From an uncultured Acidobacteriota bacterium (GTDB lineage: Bacteria > Acidobacteriota > Terriglobia > Acidiferrales > UBA7541), in assembly GCA_963696715.1 (NCBI GenBank), contig CAVOLC010000004.1, positions 13,616 to 77,615 on the forward strand: DNA of 64,000 nt. The letters run 5' to 3'. The notes beneath the pieces were generated by a model. It ran no database searches. It was not told the DNA's origin and was given only the letters and a program-made list of their open reading frames with translations. Shown piece by piece: positions 50,127 through 62,001 of this stretch. Every line of letters starts with the position of its first letter. The first letter of the stretch is position 1. The translations under genes were made by a program, and so were the position numbers.

Positions 50127-51200
50127 CTAATCGGCTGAGGGAGGAGTTGCTAGCTTCTTTAGCGATTCTTCGAATGGAGCGCGGGCTACGCCGCGTTCGG
50201 TGATGATGGCGGTGATGAAGCGCGCGGGAGTCACGTCGAAAGCGGGATGCGCGGCGTGGACGTCGGCTGCGATGCGCACGCCGGCGAGGTGGGTGACTTC
50301 CTCTTCGGAGCGCTGTTCGATCGGAATGTGTTCGCCGGACGAGAGCGAATAATCGATGGTGGAAATTGGAGCGGCCACGTAGAAGGGCACATCGTTTTCT
50401 CGGGCGATTACGGCAATTCCGTAGGTTCCGATTTTGTTCGCCGTGTCGCCATTGCGCGCAATTCGATCCGCGCCCACTACCACGGCTCCGACGCCGCCTG
50501 TCTTCAGGAAATGTCCCACCATGTTGTCGGTTATAAGGGTTAGCGGGATGCGATCCTGATGGAGCTCCCAGGCCGTTAGGCGTGAGCCCTGCAGATACGG
50601 CCGGGTTTCCGGTACGATGACTTCGATGCGATAGCCCCCTTCGACCGCCATGCGAATGACTCCGAGGGCGGTGCCGATGCCCGCGGTGGCGAGCGCGCCG
50701 GCGTTGCATTGCGTCATTACGCGGCCGCTTTTGGGCAGGAGTTCGGCGCCAAATCGTCCAATACTTTTGTCGCCTTCACGGCGCTCTTCGTGGACTTTCA
50801 GGGCTTCGTCGACTAACGCTGTGCGGATTCGATCCAGGCCAGGTGCGTTTTCCTTCGAAGCGACTTGGGCGAGTTCTTCGAAGCGAAGTTTGAAACGCTC
50901 GATGGCCCAGAATAAATCCACGGCGGTGGGACGCGTTCGCGCGAAGGTGTCACAAATAACTGGAAACTCCGCGCGCAATTCTCCGAGCGATTTTGCTTTT
51001 GACCTTTGAACAGCGAGCGCAATACCCATTGCTGCCGCGACACCAATTGCAGGCGCTCCACGGATTACCATGTCCTTGATGGCTTTCGCGAGCTCTCGAT
51101 AATCGGTATAGGTGTGATGGACTACTTCACCAGGCAGTCTGCGCTGATCGAGCAGAACGACGCCGTCCGATGTCCAACGAATTGGCTCAACCGTGTGCAA
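50127..51200 (-). CDS. mtnA: S-methyl-5-thioribose-1-phosphate isomerase
   Basis: ...[12 protein letters not shown]...[17 protein letters not shown]...[20 protein letters not shown]...[19 protein letters not shown] places it in the eIF-2B-related MtnA family. Confidence 0.85.
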   Translation of the reverse strand: MHTVEPIRWTSDGVVLLDQRRLPGEVVHHTYTDYRELAKAIKDMVIRGAPAIGVAAAMGIALAVQRSKAKSLGELRAEFPVICDTFARTRPTAVDLFWAIERFKLRFEELAQVASKENAPGLDRIRTALVDEALKVHEERREGDKSIGRFGAELLPKSGRVMTQCNAGALATAGIGTALGVIRMAVEGGYRIEVIVPETRPYLQGSRLTAWELHQDRIPLTLITDNMVGHFLKTGGVGAVVVGADRIARNGDTANKIGTYGIAVIARENDVPFYVAAPISTIDYSLSSGEHIPIEQRSEEEVTHLAGVRIAADVHAAHPAFDVTPARFITAIITERGVARAPFEESLKKLATPPSAD

Positions 51201-51237
51201 GTGTTGTCTCCATGAATCTCACGACTTCTGAATTGCG

Positions 51238-52176
51238 TTACAGCATTCCCGGCAAATGGCGCAAGCCGTGCGTCACGATAAGAAGTCCGATGACCTGCAT
51301 AGAATTATAGCTTGTATGAATCACAAAACTTGCGAGAACGGTCCGGGAAGCGGCGCGCGCGAACGTGAGCACGATTCCCACGAAGACCAGCAATGCAATC
51401 TGGCTCCATCCTCCCCACAATTGTGAGGCGTGTAACAAGCCGAAAAGCATTCCGGTGGCAACGATTCCCCAGCCTTTTCCGAAGGAGCGCGCCACCACGG
51501 GATAAATGTAGCCCCGAAAAACTGTTTCCTCCACTAAGGGAGCAAGCAGCACCGCAATCAGCATGAAAAGGACTGTCGTGTAGCGATCCTGGAAAAGCGT
51601 TTCAATGGGAAGATTCTTCTTGGGAGGAAATAATGCGGATCCAACAGAGACGATTACTGAAAGGAAAAAACCGCTGAGAACTAATCCAAAATAGGTGGCG
51701 GGCGGAGGTATCCGGCCGGTTTCGAGTTTGCGCCAGCCAATTGTGCGCCAGAACGAGGAATGAAAACGCACGCGCATCTGAATTGCAAGGTAGGCTAGCA
51801 AACCTAGGTCCAGCAGCACCTGAATGAAAATGCTCAGCAGGTTGATGTCATTCGGAGACTCTTGAATGCTCTTTACATTGACGCCGGAAATCGCGAGGCC
51901 CATGGTGACGACCAGGCTAATCAAAATGAACCCGGCGATGGCCAGGATTAAGAGCAAAACTAAGTCCGTCCAGCTCCACGGGACGCGAAGATCTTCAGGG
52001 AGGTAAGTCGCGGGAGGCGGAATATTTCCCAATGCGCCTGAAGTTGAGGCGGTTTGGAGCGGATGAGCAAGTGGCGACTCCGCGGATGATTCGCGGCGCG
52101 TTGAATCAGCGGGATCCGGAGAATCAGGAGATGGCCCAGCGTCCGGAGGAAATAAGTTATTTTCGTCTTGGGTCAT
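51238..52176 (-). CDS. CPBP-family intramembrane glutamic endopeptidase (CAAX protease-like)
   Basis: Multi-TM protein with EETVFRGYIY (motif 1) and ...FGLLH... / ...SFVIHTSYN (motifs 2 and 3). Confidence 0.8.
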   Translation of the reverse strand: MTQDENNLFPPDAGPSPDSPDPADSTRRESSAESPLAHPLQTASTSGALGNIPPPATYLPEDLRVPWSWTDLVLLLILAIAGFILISLVVTMGLAISGVNVKSIQESPNDINLLSIFIQVLLDLGLLAYLAIQMRVRFHSSFWRTIGWRKLETGRIPPPATYFGLVLSGFFLSVIVSVGSALFPPKKNLPIETLFQDRYTTVLFMLIAVLLAPLVEETVFRGYIYPVVARSFGKGWGIVATGMLFGLLHASQLWGGWSQIALLVFVGIVLTFARAASRTVLASFVIHTSYNSMQVIGLLIVTHGLRHLPGML

Positions 52177-52235
52177 CGAAAGTTACGGCTCACGGTGAAT
52201 ATCTTGCATTCCTCGGATCGTTTGAGCGATCTAAT

Positions 52236-55067
52236 TCAATTCGCGTGTTTTCCGTTCGTGTGATTTGTGTTGCAGCCATTGCCATTCAATGCGCGGGCGA
52301 GTATCTGGCCGGTATAGGATTTCTTCACGCGAGCAACTTGCTCGGGTGTACCTTGCGCGACGATGCGGCCGCCTTGTTCGCCGCCTTCGGGCCCGAGATC
52401 GATGATCCAGTCGGCCTGTTTGATCACATCGAGATGATGTTCGATGATCAACACTGTGTTGCCCAGTGTAACGAGGCGGTTTAGCACGCCCATTAGTTTT
52501 TTTACGTCGTCGAAATGCAATCCGGTGGTGGGCTCGTCGAGAATGTAAAGCGTGCGGCCGGTCTGCCGCCGAGAAAGTTCGCGAGCGAGTTTTGTGCGTT
52601 GCGCTTCACCGCCCGAAAGAGAAGTTGCCGACTGTCCGAGCTGAACATAGCCGAGGCCGACGTCCACGAGCGTCTGCAACTTCTGCTGAATCGCAGGAAT
52701 GTTTTCCATCACTTTGAGCGCGTCTTCAATGGGCATATCCAGCAAATCGGAGATCGAATGACCTTTGTAACGCACGGCGAGGGTCTCGGCGTTGTAGCGC
52801 TTGCCTCGGCAGACTTCGCAGGTGACGTAAACGTCGGGAAGGAAATTCATTTCGATGCGGCGCTGGCCGTCTCCCTGGCACGCTTCACAGCGCCCGCCTT
52901 TCACGTTGAAACTGAAACGTCCCGGACGGTATCCACGTTCGCGTGATTCGGGCAGCATGGCAAAAAGATCGCGAATGGGCGAGAAAACGCCGGCGTAAGT
53001 GGCTGGATTCGAACGCGGCGTGCGGCCGATGGGAGCTTGGTCGATTTGAACCACTTTATCAATCTGCTCGATTCCTTCGATAGCCCGGTGCGCACTGGGC
53101 TTCTCCATTGAGCGATAAAGCTTCGCGGCCAGCGCGCGATAAAGAATGTCGTTCACCAGAGTGGATTTCCCGGAACCCGAAACTCCGGTTACGACGGTGA
53201 GCAGGCCCAGCGGAAATGTGACATCGATGTTCTTGAGATTGTTGCCGTGCGCACCGAGAATTATCAGGGATTTCCCATTGGGGCTGCGCCGATGCTCGGG
53301 AACGGGGATTGAAACTTTCCCGGAGAGGTATTGACCCGTGAGCGAGTCGGGATTCGCGGCGATTTCGCCGGGTGCTCCGGCGGCCACCAAATGTCCCCCG
53401 GCTTTTCCCGCACCGGGCCCGAGATCGACCACATAGTTGGCACGACGGATGGTCTCTTCGTCATGCTCGATAACCAAAACGGTGTTGCCAAGGTCGCGCA
53501 AGGTTTCCAGCGTGCTGAGCAGGCGGCCATTGTCGCGCGCATGCAAGCCAATAGATGGTTCATCGAGCACGTACAGCACGCCACGGAGGCGCGAACCAAT
53601 CTGCGTGGCCAGGCGAATCCGCTGTGCTTCGCCTCCCGAAAGGGTCGCGGCCGAGCGATCCAGAGTAAGGTAGCCGAGGCCAACGTTTAAAAGAAACTCG
53701 ATTCGCTCGGCGATTTCGCTCAGCGGACGCCCCGCGATTTTTCTTTGACGCAAAGTGAGCTGGCCACGAATCTTGTCCACCGCGGCACGCGCTTGTGACA
53801 GCGGCAAGGAGGTGAAATCGGCGATCGACAATCCCGCGATTTTTACAGCCAGGCTCTCCGGCCGCAAGCGACGTTCGTTGCAAGCAACGCAAGGAACCGC
53901 GGACATATATTGGGAGACCCACTCGCGATAAGTGTCGGACTTGGATTCTTCCAGGCTGGTCTCAAGATGCCCGAGGACGCCTTGGAAATTAAGGCCCTTG
54001 CTGGAGCCACCGTTCGCAGGGTTACCCTGGAGGATCAGATTTTGCACTTTTCGGGGCAGCTTTTCGAAGGGAGCATCGAGATCGAATCCATGCGCAGCGG
54101 CGGCGATGCGCAGAGTGCGCTGCAAAAATGTCGAGCCCGAGCCGGGACCGAGGCCGCCCTCGAAGAGCGGCTTGGTCCAATCCACGATCACTTTTGCCGG
54201 ATCGAAGTCAAATTTCGAGCCCAAGCCGTGGCATTCGGTGCACGCTCCGTAAGGAGAATTAAAGCTAAATGAACGGGGCTCGAGTTGCGGCACCGAAATT
54301 CCGCAATCCGGACAAGCGAGTTTTTCGGAATATACGTGCTCTTCGCCACCCACGACAGCAATGGTCACAAGCCCGCCGGTGAGCTTCAAAGCGGTTTCCA
54401 CGGATTGTTCGAGCCGCTGCGCGATGCCGTTCTTGAGCAGCAGCCGATCGACTACGATCTCGATTGTGTGATTTTTTCGCCGGTCCAGCGGGATGGGCTC
54501 GTCCAAATTTACGAGTTCTCCGTCAACACGAGCCCGGACGTAGCCTTCTCTTGCGTACTTCTCGAGTTCTTTTTTGTATTCGCCTTTGCGGCCGCGCACC
54601 ACGGGTGCCAGCACCATGATGCGCTCTTCGGGTTTCAGCGCTGCGACCGCCTGCACGATTTGTTCCGTGGACTGGCGCGTGATGGGCTTGCCGCAATTGG
54701 GACAGTGTGGTGTGCCAATGGCGCAGTAAACCACGCGCAGGTAGTCATATATTTCGGTAATGGTGCCAACAGTCGACCGAGGGGAGCGCGTGGTGGTTTT
54801 CTGCTCGATGGCGATAGATGGCGAAAGGCCCTCGATCGAATCCACATCCGGGCGTTCCATCTGGTCAAGAAATTGTCGCGCGTAGGAAGACAACGATTCG
54901 ACGTAACGCCGCTGGCCTTCGGCGTAAAGTGTGTCAAAGGCGAGCGAGGATTTGCCGGAACCTGAAAGCCCCGTCACCACGGTGAGAGTATTGCGTGGGA
55001 TTTCCAGGTGGATATTCTTCAGATTGTGCTGCCGGGCGCCCCGGATTACGATTTTCTTCAGGCTCAT
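52236..55067 (-). CDS. uvrA: Excinuclease ABC subunit A
   Basis: [19 protein letters not shown]...[28 protein letters not shown]. There are two ABC modules, zinc-finger Cys clusters and LSGGEAQR signatures. Confidence 0.95.
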   Translation of the reverse strand: MSLKKIVIRGARQHNLKNIHLEIPRNTLTVVTGLSGSGKSSLAFDTLYAEGQRRYVESLSSYARQFLDQMERPDVDSIEGLSPSIAIEQKTTTRSPRSTVGTITEIYDYLRVVYCAIGTPHCPNCGKPITRQSTEQIVQAVAALKPEERIMVLAPVVRGRKGEYKKELEKYAREGYVRARVDGELVNLDEPIPLDRRKNHTIEIVVDRLLLKNGIAQRLEQSVETALKLTGGLVTIAVVGGEEHVYSEKLACPDCGISVPQLEPRSFSFNSPYGACTECHGLGSKFDFDPAKVIVDWTKPLFEGGLGPGSGSTFLQRTLRIAAAAHGFDLDAPFEKLPRKVQNLILQGNPANGGSSKGLNFQGVLGHLETSLEESKSDTYREWVSQYMSAVPCVACNERRLRPESLAVKIAGLSIADFTSLPLSQARAAVDKIRGQLTLRQRKIAGRPLSEIAERIEFLLNVGLGYLTLDRSAATLSGGEAQRIRLATQIGSRLRGVLYVLDEPSIGLHARDNGRLLSTLETLRDLGNTVLVIEHDEETIRRANYVVDLGPGAGKAGGHLVAAGAPGEIAANPDSLTGQYLSGKVSIPVPEHRRSPNGKSLIILGAHGNNLKNIDVTFPLGLLTVVTGVSGSGKSTLVNDILYRALAAKLYRSMEKPSAHRAIEGIEQIDKVVQIDQAPIGRTPRSNPATYAGVFSPIRDLFAMLPESRERGYRPGRFSFNVKGGRCEACQGDGQRRIEMNFLPDVYVTCEVCRGKRYNAETLAVRYKGHSISDLLDMPIEDALKVMENIPAIQQKLQTLVDVGLGYVQLGQSATSLSGGEAQRTKLARELSRRQTGRTLYILDEPTTGLHFDDVKKLMGVLNRLVTLGNTVLIIEHHLDVIKQADWIIDLGPEGGEQGGRIVAQGTPEQVARVKKSYTGQILARALNGNGCNTNHTNGKHAN

Positions 55068-55516
55068 TTTGAGGATGTGCACCCGCCGCACGGCCGACCT
55101 AGTACACAGAGGACACAGCGAGCACAGCGTAACCTCTCAACATAGCAAGGTGCCCTTACTGAGGTCAAGTTAAGAGGCGAGGCAAATCCCCTTGAGCCTC
55201 GACCGTGAGGGCTAGACCGGAAATTTTACGGGCTTCTTGGATTTTTTACCGGGCGAAGGATATGAAAGGCTACTGTTTTCAGTAAGATAGCTTTGGTTCA
55301 TGACGTGCGACTAGTGGTAGCGTCAGAGGGAAGGAAAGCCGAGGATCCCTTCGGGGATTGAGGGCTGGGCCGGCTTCCTTCCCTCGGCTTAACTTCGTCT
55401 CACCTTCGATTTTCCTTCAGCTGCGATTCCATTCGATGTTATGTGTAGTACTAATCTGCGCTGCCCTTGACACCCCGTGCGGTGACAGATACGGTTGGCA
55501 GTAGGCGCTCACCGAC

Positions 55517-56188
55517 ATGGCCAATCAGGTCTTTGATCTCGAAGCTTTTCACGCCACGCCTCTTGAGCGCGCGCCCTACGAGCATGTTGTCCTCCGGAAC
55601 TTCGTGAAGCCCGAAGCGCTCCGTCGCATTAATTCCGATTATCCCCAGATCTCACAATCGGGCAGCTTCCCGCTCGACTCCGTCAAATTCGGGCCCGGCT
55701 TCCAGGCTTTGGTGTCGGCGCTAGAGTCTGAGGAGTTCCGCAAAGTCTTCGAGAAAAAATTTGGGGTTGACCTTAGCAGCCGTCCTACCACTATCACCGT
55801 GCGTGGCCGCTGCGGCGCGCACGACGGCAAGATCCACAACGACTCCACTAGCAAAATTATTACCGTCCTGCTTTACCTGAATTCTGCCTGGGACGATTCC
55901 GGCGGGCGCCTGCGTCTGCTTCGTTCGCGTGACGACATAAACGATGTAGCTGTTGAAGTCCCGCCTTCCGATGGAACGCTTGTCGCATTCTTGCGTTCCG
56001 ACCGTTCCTGGCACGGACATTTGCCGTTCGAGGGTGAGCGCCGCGTGATCCAATTCAACTGGGTCAACGATAGCAGTAACCAGCGCCTCGCTCTTTTCCG
56101 TCACCGCCTCTCCGCTTCTGTGAAGCACCTCCTTAGCGCCATCCGGCCTGCTAAGGCGCCGCAGCCCGAAGATCCCGCGCAAATGTGA
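55517..56188 (+). CDS. 2OG-Fe(II) oxygenase-superfamily protein
   Basis: An HxD...H arrangement (GKIHNDSTSK...SWHGH) sits in a ~220-aa protein typical of prolyl-hydroxylase-like 2OG oxygenases. Confidence 0.6.
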   Translation: MANQVFDLEAFHATPLERAPYEHVVLRNFVKPEALRRINSDYPQISQSGSFPLDSVKFGPGFQALVSALESEEFRKVFEKKFGVDLSSRPTTITVRGRCGAHDGKIHNDSTSKIITVLLYLNSAWDDSGGRLRLLRSRDDINDVAVEVPPSDGTLVAFLRSDRSWHGHLPFEGERRVIQFNWVNDSSNQRLALFRHRLSASVKHLLSAIRPAKAPQPEDPAQM

Positions 56189-56294
56189 CGCACCGCACCT
56201 CGCGAGCATACGGCCATAGCCTCCCACTTCGAAATCACTTACTATAATCCGCGCTGCGTCGTGGCTGTTCCTCCGGCCCGTCGCTGTGTCCTTC

Positions 56295-57320
56295 ATGACT
56301 CATACATCACAACGTTTTCTAGTCGTGCGCCTCAGCTCGTTGGGTGACATCGTCCACACCATTCCGGCAGTGGCCGCCCTGCGTTCGAGCTTTCCTTCCG
56401 CCAGGATCGATTGGGCTGTGGATCAGCGCTGGTCCCCGCTTGTCGAGCTTGTTACGGTCATTAACGAAACGATTTCTCTTGGCCGCTCGGTTCCCGAAGT
56501 TCTCTCCGCCGTTCGACGACTCCGGCGTGCTCGCTATACTTGCGCCCTGGATCTTCAGGGTCGCTACCGCTCGGCTGCCCTTTCCTGGCTTTCCGGTGCA
56601 CCTCGACGCATCGGCCGTGACCGCGAAGCCACCCGCGAACCGGGCGCTACTATTTTTTATACCGACCGAGTGATTCCTACTGGCCGCCATATCGTGGACA
56701 TGACTGTAGATCTCGCCGTGCGCGCCGGAGCGCAGCCGCAGCTCGAGCCGCAGTTCCCACTTCGAGTTCCGGAAAATGAATTGCTCGCTGTCCGCGAGAC
56801 ACTCTCGTGCCAAGGCGTTTCCGGCGAATACGTCGTCGTCAGTCCCGGCGGGGGCTGGAAATCGAAATGCTGGCCACCGGACCGCTTCGGCGCGCTCTGC
56901 CACTTGCTTCTTGAGCGCCATGGTATCCCCATGGTCGTAAATATCGCTCCCGGCGAGGAGAACCTCGCTCGTGAAATTGTGTCCGCCGCAGGTTCGGGGG
57001 CACCGCCAGTCGTCTCACTCTCGATTCCCGGGCTCGCCGCGCTTCTGGCTCAGGCGCGCCTCGTTATCGCTGCCGACACCGGCCCGTTGCATCTTGCGGC
57101 AGCACTTGGCACACGTGTCGTTGGCCTGTTTGGCGCCACCGATCCGGCGCGCAACGGTCCGCTTCCACGCGGCAACGTGGTTCAAAACGCTTCTTCCGAG
57201 CCTTTCGCATATCTTCGCGGCGATTACGTCCGGCTGGATTCCTATTCAGCCGCTATGCTGTCTCTCTCCATCGAGCAAGTTCTTGCCGCCGTCGAACACG
57301 AAATCAGCATCACCGCTTAG
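56295..57320 (+). CDS. Glycosyltransferase family 9 (LPS heptosyltransferase-like)
   Basis: RFLVVRLSSLGDIVHTIPAVAALR...IDWAV... at the N-terminus and ...VIAADTGPLHLAAALGTRVVGLFG in the C-terminal part. The start could instead be the GTG at 56286. Confidence 0.8.
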   Translation: MTHTSQRFLVVRLSSLGDIVHTIPAVAALRSSFPSARIDWAVDQRWSPLVELVTVINETISLGRSVPEVLSAVRRLRRARYTCALDLQGRYRSAALSWLSGAPRRIGRDREATREPGATIFYTDRVIPTGRHIVDMTVDLAVRAGAQPQLEPQFPLRVPENELLAVRETLSCQGVSGEYVVVSPGGGWKSKCWPPDRFGALCHLLLERHGIPMVVNIAPGEENLAREIVSAAGSGAPPVVSLSIPGLAALLAQARLVIAADTGPLHLAAALGTRVVGLFGATDPARNGPLPRGNVVQNASSEPFAYLRGDYVRLDSYSAAMLSLSIEQVLAAVEHEISITA

Positions 57321-57470
57321 CGTTGTTCTCGAGCGAAGCTCCGCAATCGCTGAGAGCTACAAGAGCAAAAGAGATTCCAACTGACACCGGAACTAGACCG
57401 ACGCCATGAGCGAGTTCGAACTGAATCCGCCGTTGTGCAATAATCTCTTCCCACCCGACGAGTGCGCTAC

Positions 57471-57546
57471 TGGGGCGTGGTCCAATCGGTAGGACGCTGC
57501 ACTGTTAATGCAGACGGTGGTGGTTCGAATCCACCCGCCCCAGCCA
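57471..57546 (+). tRNA. tRNA-Asn (anticodon GUU)
   Basis: Manual cloverleaf: acceptor TGGGGCG/CGCCCCA, D arm GTCC/GGAC, anticodon stem CTGCA/TGCAG with loop CTGTTAA, T arm GGTGG-TTCGAAT-CCACC, and encoded GCCA. Confidence 0.9.
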
Positions 57547-57894
57547 TTCTCCATTTTGCACACGTTGGAAGGTCAGGTCGAAGGGCTTTCTATATGTGGG
57601 ATCAACACTTGCGGCGTCAATTTTGCAGTTCGAAAGTACGATTCGGAGCAATTTTGCTTTTTCGGCTGGTTGTTGCTTAACGTAAAGAAAATAAGCCTTA
57701 TTCGCCAGTTCTAAAATCTTGATTCCGTCCAAGATTCTCTCCGAGTTCTGTTGTGCCGACCTGTCGAGCGCCCTAAGAATCTCTTGTTCCTCCTCGTTCC
57801 ATTCCGAAGACCTCGCTTCCCAGAACGATTCGGTGATTTTGCCATCCAATTTGTCGAGATAAGCCTGCTCGTTGCGGCGGCGTACCTGCGCCAA
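57505..57894 (-). pseudogene. C-terminal fragment of a large serine recombinase, 3' end overlapping tRNA-Asn antisense
   Basis: ...YLDKLDGKITESFWEARSSEWNEEEQEI...ILELANKAYFLYVKQQPAEKAKLLRIVLSNC...TYRKPFD resembles the coiled-coil/C-terminal region of island serine recombinases. No resolvase catalytic domain lies upstream. The last 13 codons (WLGRVDSNHHRLH) are antisense to the tRNA T-arm and acceptor. Confidence 0.55.
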
Positions 57895-58004
57895 TCGGTT
57901 CCGCAGCCCCTCGCTTTCAGTTAATCAGGCATGAGTCCAATTCAGTGCGTATTTATCCTGGTTATCGATAGGCGGATCTGTAAAAAATGACAAACTATTC
58001 GCAT

Positions 58005-60818
58005 TCAATTCGGCAAGGGGCCTGAGTCACGCAGCAGTACAACGTCTGATTCGTCATGAACGCGTAACACGCCCAGGATTTTGCCATCGGGCGAGAATTG
58101 GAATGTATGAATCGTATCAGACTGAAAATTCGTAATCTTTCGGCCCGGGGTACCGTCGAGCGGCTGAAGCCAGAGGTTGTACGTACCGTTTTCCCGGATA
58201 CTATACACCACCGCTTTTCCGTCCGGCGTAAACTGCACGTAAGACTGATCATTCGCAGCGCGTGGATCGGGTTCCAGAAACTGGTTGGGCTTCGGCGCGG
58301 CCACATCCATATTCATAAGAACAATCTGTGCTTGTCCAGTTTCAGATCTCGTAATCGAGAAAGCGAGGAGTTTATTATCGGGTGAGAAAGAAAATCCCAA
58401 ATCGAGAGTAGCCTTGGGAATGATAGCACCGGACAGGGTCTCCGCAGTTCCGCCGCCAATGGGTACCCGCTTGATTTGCAACGACGCCTTATAATCCTGG
58501 TAGTACACCCACTTTCCATCCGGAGAACACTTCGCGTTCACGTCGGCTTGACCGTATGTAAGTTGTTTTTGGTTCGAGCCGTCGGCGTCGAATCGCCAGA
58601 TATGTTGTTGCATGTCGCCATGGCCCCCCCAGGTAACGATGACGTATCGTCCCGCGGCACAAGATGCTATGTAGGGAATAATGGCACTCGGATCATTCAC
58701 GAGCATCGTCTTTCTGGATCCGTCAGAAGAAATCCGCGTCACGCTAGAGGAGTCATCGACATAAAGATCGGTATTACTAGCCCAGCTAAATTGTATTAAG
58801 TTCCTATCCGAGGCGAGGACCGGTTTCGGAGACTCTTCCGCGGAGCCTCCGGCCGGTAAAAGATAAAGGGTTGGCGTTAATTTATCTTGGACGGTCGCGA
58901 GTGTCTTCCCGTCCGACGAGAGCGTGAGTGTGTTGTAGCTATTTATGTCTTTGGTAATGGGGCGGAACTGGGCGCTAGCTTTGGAGACAAAGCCGACTTG
59001 GTGGCGAGTAAAACCGGTGCTCCTTCCCCTGTAAACGATTAGAAAGCCTTGCCCATCCGGCGACCACACGAGACCGTGGATAAAGAGGTCATTAAAAGCT
59101 GCCAGTGTCCTAGTCTTGCCCGATGCCACCTCCACAAGATGGATCGAGGTAATTCCTTCACCCGCCACAATAACAGTGGCAATCTGCTTCCCGTCTGGTG
59201 ACCAAGACAGACTATATGGTTCGGTCCCAACGATAGGGCCATCGGCGACCAGTGCCTCATGCGTGCCATCCGTGTCTACCGTAAGCAACTGATATTTTCC
59301 GAAATCGGGTTTGTTTTCGCGAACATACGCGAACTGTTTGCCATCGGGCGAGAACGCTATCCCAGAATCAATGTCGCGAACTATGATTTGCGGCGTGCCT
59401 CCCAGTACAGGGGCTCGATAGAGGCTGAGCTGAGTACCCTCGGCGTTTGCCGCCTTGCGAAAGTACATGTAGTTGCCATCCGGCGAAAACGCGAGGTCTT
59501 CGAGATCATCGTCGGTTGGCGGGATGACTGTGGTATTGCTGTTTGTAGGCACGTGACGAAGCGAAAGGCTCTGCTTGCCCTTGTCTTCCAGCCCAATGAG
59601 AAGGTACTTGCTGTCGGGCGAAATTGCGCAAAGCGTAGAATGTCCATCATCCGTGATTGCAGACATCGAAAAATTCTCAAATGGCATGACCCGCTTCCTC
59701 GTGAAAACGGAATATACACCGTAACTCGCCGTGGCGATCAGCACTAGCAGGGCCATGGCCACGCCGATCAGTCCCAGCTTGTGTTGCTTCGCTGCTTGAA
59801 TAACCACGGAACTACCCGACGCATGCACGGGGGACGCACCATTCCGGGACGCAGGGGCTGCGAGAGGCAATTCCTCTGTGGCTGAGTCTGATTCTGCACT
59901 GGGCCCGCGCCGACTCGACTCTGAATCGCGCCTCAGGCGCTGCAGGTCAGCGCGGATGTCCGCGGCGGACTGATAGCGTAGTTTTGAATCTTTCTCGAGG
60001 GCCTTGGAAACTATGCGTTCAAGCTCGGGCGGCAGATCGGGGTTGAGTCTTACCGGAGCCACTGGCGTGCGATTTAGGATTCCGTCCGTTATTACGCCCG
60101 AGGTTTCGCCCCGGAAGGGCAAAGTGCCAGTGGCCATTTCGTAGAGTACAACGCCGAAGCTGAACAGATCGGTGCGCGCATCAACTTCTTTGCCGCGCAC
60201 TTGTTCAGGGGACATATAGGCGACAGTACCAACCGCTGTGCCCGGGCTGGTGAGGTGTTCGGCGCTGATCCCCGCGGGCATTTGGACCGAAAGGGTGGCA
60301 TCATCCGACGGAGATGGAATTGCGCTCAAGCGCATTTCTTTAACGAGGCCAAAGTCGAGGATCTTTGCGTTGGAGCGGGACGTGACAAAGATGTTGGCAG
60401 GCTTGATGTCGCGGTGGACGATGCCTTTGGCGTGTGCAGCTTCAAGCGCGTCGGCAATTTGGATTGCAAGCTCCAGGAGATCATCGAGAGGGAGTGGCTT
60501 GCCGGAGATACGATGCTTCAGCGTAGTGCCTTCCATGAATTCCATGACGATGAAGGCGCGGCCGTTTTCTTCGCCAATGTCGTGGATGGTACAGATATTT
60601 GGGTGATTTAGGGCGGAAGTGGCCTGGGCTTCGCGCTTGAAGCGTTCGAGAGAGGCGGGGTGGTCGGCCCATTCGTCGGGGAGAAACTTCAGTGCGACCG
60701 CGCGGTGCAGGCGTGAGTCTTCAGCTTTGTAGACGACACCCATTCCGCCGCTCCCCAGCTTTTCCAGGATGTGGTAGTGGGAGATGGTGTGGCCAATTAT
60801 GGAGGAGGAATCGGTCAC
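58005..60818 (-). CDS. Ser/Thr protein kinase with C-terminal TolB-like (PD40/WD40-like) beta-propeller repeats
   Basis: Hanks motifs ([29 protein letters not shown]), a TM segment, then repeated ...SPDGK... propeller blades. Confidence 0.9.
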   Translation of the reverse strand: MTDSSSIIGHTISHYHILEKLGSGGMGVVYKAEDSRLHRAVALKFLPDEWADHPASLERFKREAQATSALNHPNICTIHDIGEENGRAFIVMEFMEGTTLKHRISGKPLPLDDLLELAIQIADALEAAHAKGIVHRDIKPANIFVTSRSNAKILDFGLVKEMRLSAIPSPSDDATLSVQMPAGISAEHLTSPGTAVGTVAYMSPEQVRGKEVDARTDLFSFGVVLYEMATGTLPFRGETSGVITDGILNRTPVAPVRLNPDLPPELERIVSKALEKDSKLRYQSAADIRADLQRLRRDSESSRRGPSAESDSATEELPLAAPASRNGASPVHASGSSVVIQAAKQHKLGLIGVAMALLVLIATASYGVYSVFTRKRVMPFENFSMSAITDDGHSTLCAISPDSKYLLIGLEDKGKQSLSLRHVPTNSNTTVIPPTDDDLEDLAFSPDGNYMYFRKAANAEGTQLSLYRAPVLGGTPQIIVRDIDSGIAFSPDGKQFAYVRENKPDFGKYQLLTVDTDGTHEALVADGPIVGTEPYSLSWSPDGKQIATVIVAGEGITSIHLVEVASGKTRTLAAFNDLFIHGLVWSPDGQGFLIVYRGRSTGFTRHQVGFVSKASAQFRPITKDINSYNTLTLSSDGKTLATVQDKLTPTLYLLPAGGSAEESPKPVLASDRNLIQFSWASNTDLYVDDSSSVTRISSDGSRKTMLVNDPSAIIPYIASCAAGRYVIVTWGGHGDMQQHIWRFDADGSNQKQLTYGQADVNAKCSPDGKWVYYQDYKASLQIKRVPIGGGTAETLSGAIIPKATLDLGFSFSPDNKLLAFSITRSETGQAQIVLMNMDVAAPKPNQFLEPDPRAANDQSYVQFTPDGKAVVYSIRENGTYNLWLQPLDGTPGRKITNFQSDTIHTFQFSPDGKILGVLRVHDESDVVLLRDSGPLPN

Positions 60819-61086
60819 TGGCGGTGCATGTTACGCCCAACGCCCCAACGCAGGCAAATGCGTAGTACCTTGCTATAGGAATCCGAATCTATGTACAAAA
60901 TGTCCTCGGCATCTTCGACATTCACAAGCTCGGAGAGACTGTCCGCCTTCGGTTTACCAATTCCGGATAACTGTTGATGAATGCCCTTACTACTTGTAAT
61001 GGCAGCTGCTAGGCTAACTCCTGGTCATTCGCATAATCGGAGAAGGGAATTTCCAATTGTCCGGTAAACGCGTTCTATAAGAGGGG

Positions 61087-61536
61087 ATGTCAAGAAAAAA
61101 GCTTCCCCTGCGACTGGAAGTCGGCCACCGCTCGGCCCTTTACCTTCTGGCTCCCCAAAATTTGACAATCTCAAATCCGAAACCTACGATAGCCGCGAGA
61201 GGTGCCAGCGGAGGCTTTTCTGTGCCTACTCGCCAATGCCCCTATTGCGGAAAGCTTGTGTCCGACTATCTGGCCGAGTGTCCGTATTGTCACGAGGCAA
61301 TTCCGGAGCTCCGCGGGGCTGCTCCTCGCCGCTCTGACGTCGGACGGAGAAAAATTCGCCAGGGGCTGCTGTACATGCTTCTAGCTGCGGTCATTCATTA
61401 CTTCGCAGGTGGTTACAGCGCGATGGAACTTCCTTTCCCCATTCAGCCTGTGGTGACCGTCTATTTGGCACCCGTACTCTTCTTGGGCGGACTCGGCCTA
61501 AGTCTTTATGGCTTCTATTTGCACCGTAAAGCTTGA
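61087..61536 (+). CDS. Zinc-ribbon membrane protein (hypothetical)
   Basis: A CPYCGKLVSDYLAECPYCHE zinc ribbon is followed by two hydrophobic segments. The N-terminal extent is uncertain. Confidence 0.5.
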   Translation: MSRKKLPLRLEVGHRSALYLLAPQNLTISNPKPTIAARGASGGFSVPTRQCPYCGKLVSDYLAECPYCHEAIPELRGAAPRRSDVGRRKIRQGLLYMLLAAVIHYFAGGYSAMELPFPIQPVVTVYLAPVLFLGGLGLSLYGFYLHRKA

Positions 61537-61720
61537 GTCCATGCGATTCGCTTCTCAAGAAAGCTAAGAAATTGGGGATAAGGCTGGAACCTAGCAAAAA
61601 GAAAACTATTCACGAGTAACCCCGGATTAAGGAACAACCACAACTGTTTCGTGGGCGCCTTCACTACACGGCGTCAGATGCAGAAGACCTGAATACGAGT
61701 CGGTTACTTTACATAGACCT

Positions 61721-61915
61721 TTATCGCCCACCTCTGGAGGGTGCCGGGCGTTCTGGCCTGAATGATTGCCACTCGCGTATTTGTTCGGACAGCTCGCTCT
61801 TCTCGCGGTCGTCCGTGGCATTTTCCCACCGACGCCGAAGCTCTTCGAGTCGAGCATCCACAAATCCGGCTCGACCTGATTTGTGCCCTATTTTGTCGCG
61901 ATTGCTGTATTCCAT
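61721..61915 (-). CDS. Small hypothetical protein (64 aa)
   Basis: RBS GAGGAG lies 8 nt upstream of the ATG. The protein is charged and helical-looking (…RLEELRRRWENATDDREKSELSEQIREW…). Confidence 0.5.
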   Translation of the reverse strand: MEYSNRDKIGHKSGRAGFVDARLEELRRRWENATDDREKSELSEQIREWQSFRPERPAPSRGGR

Positions 61916-62001
61916 GTTCAGATTGCTCCTCGTTTAATGTGGGAATATCACTATTGACTTTGGATTCATTTTGAAACGGGTTCCAAGCAGTAGGGTTGAT
62001 T

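Noticed and set aside
55068-55200. Looked for a LexA/SOS box upstream of uvrA (GTTC-N7-GTTC-type direct repeat or CTGT-N8-ACAG palindrome).
   Set aside because: Neither pattern is present in the ~130 bp upstream of the start.
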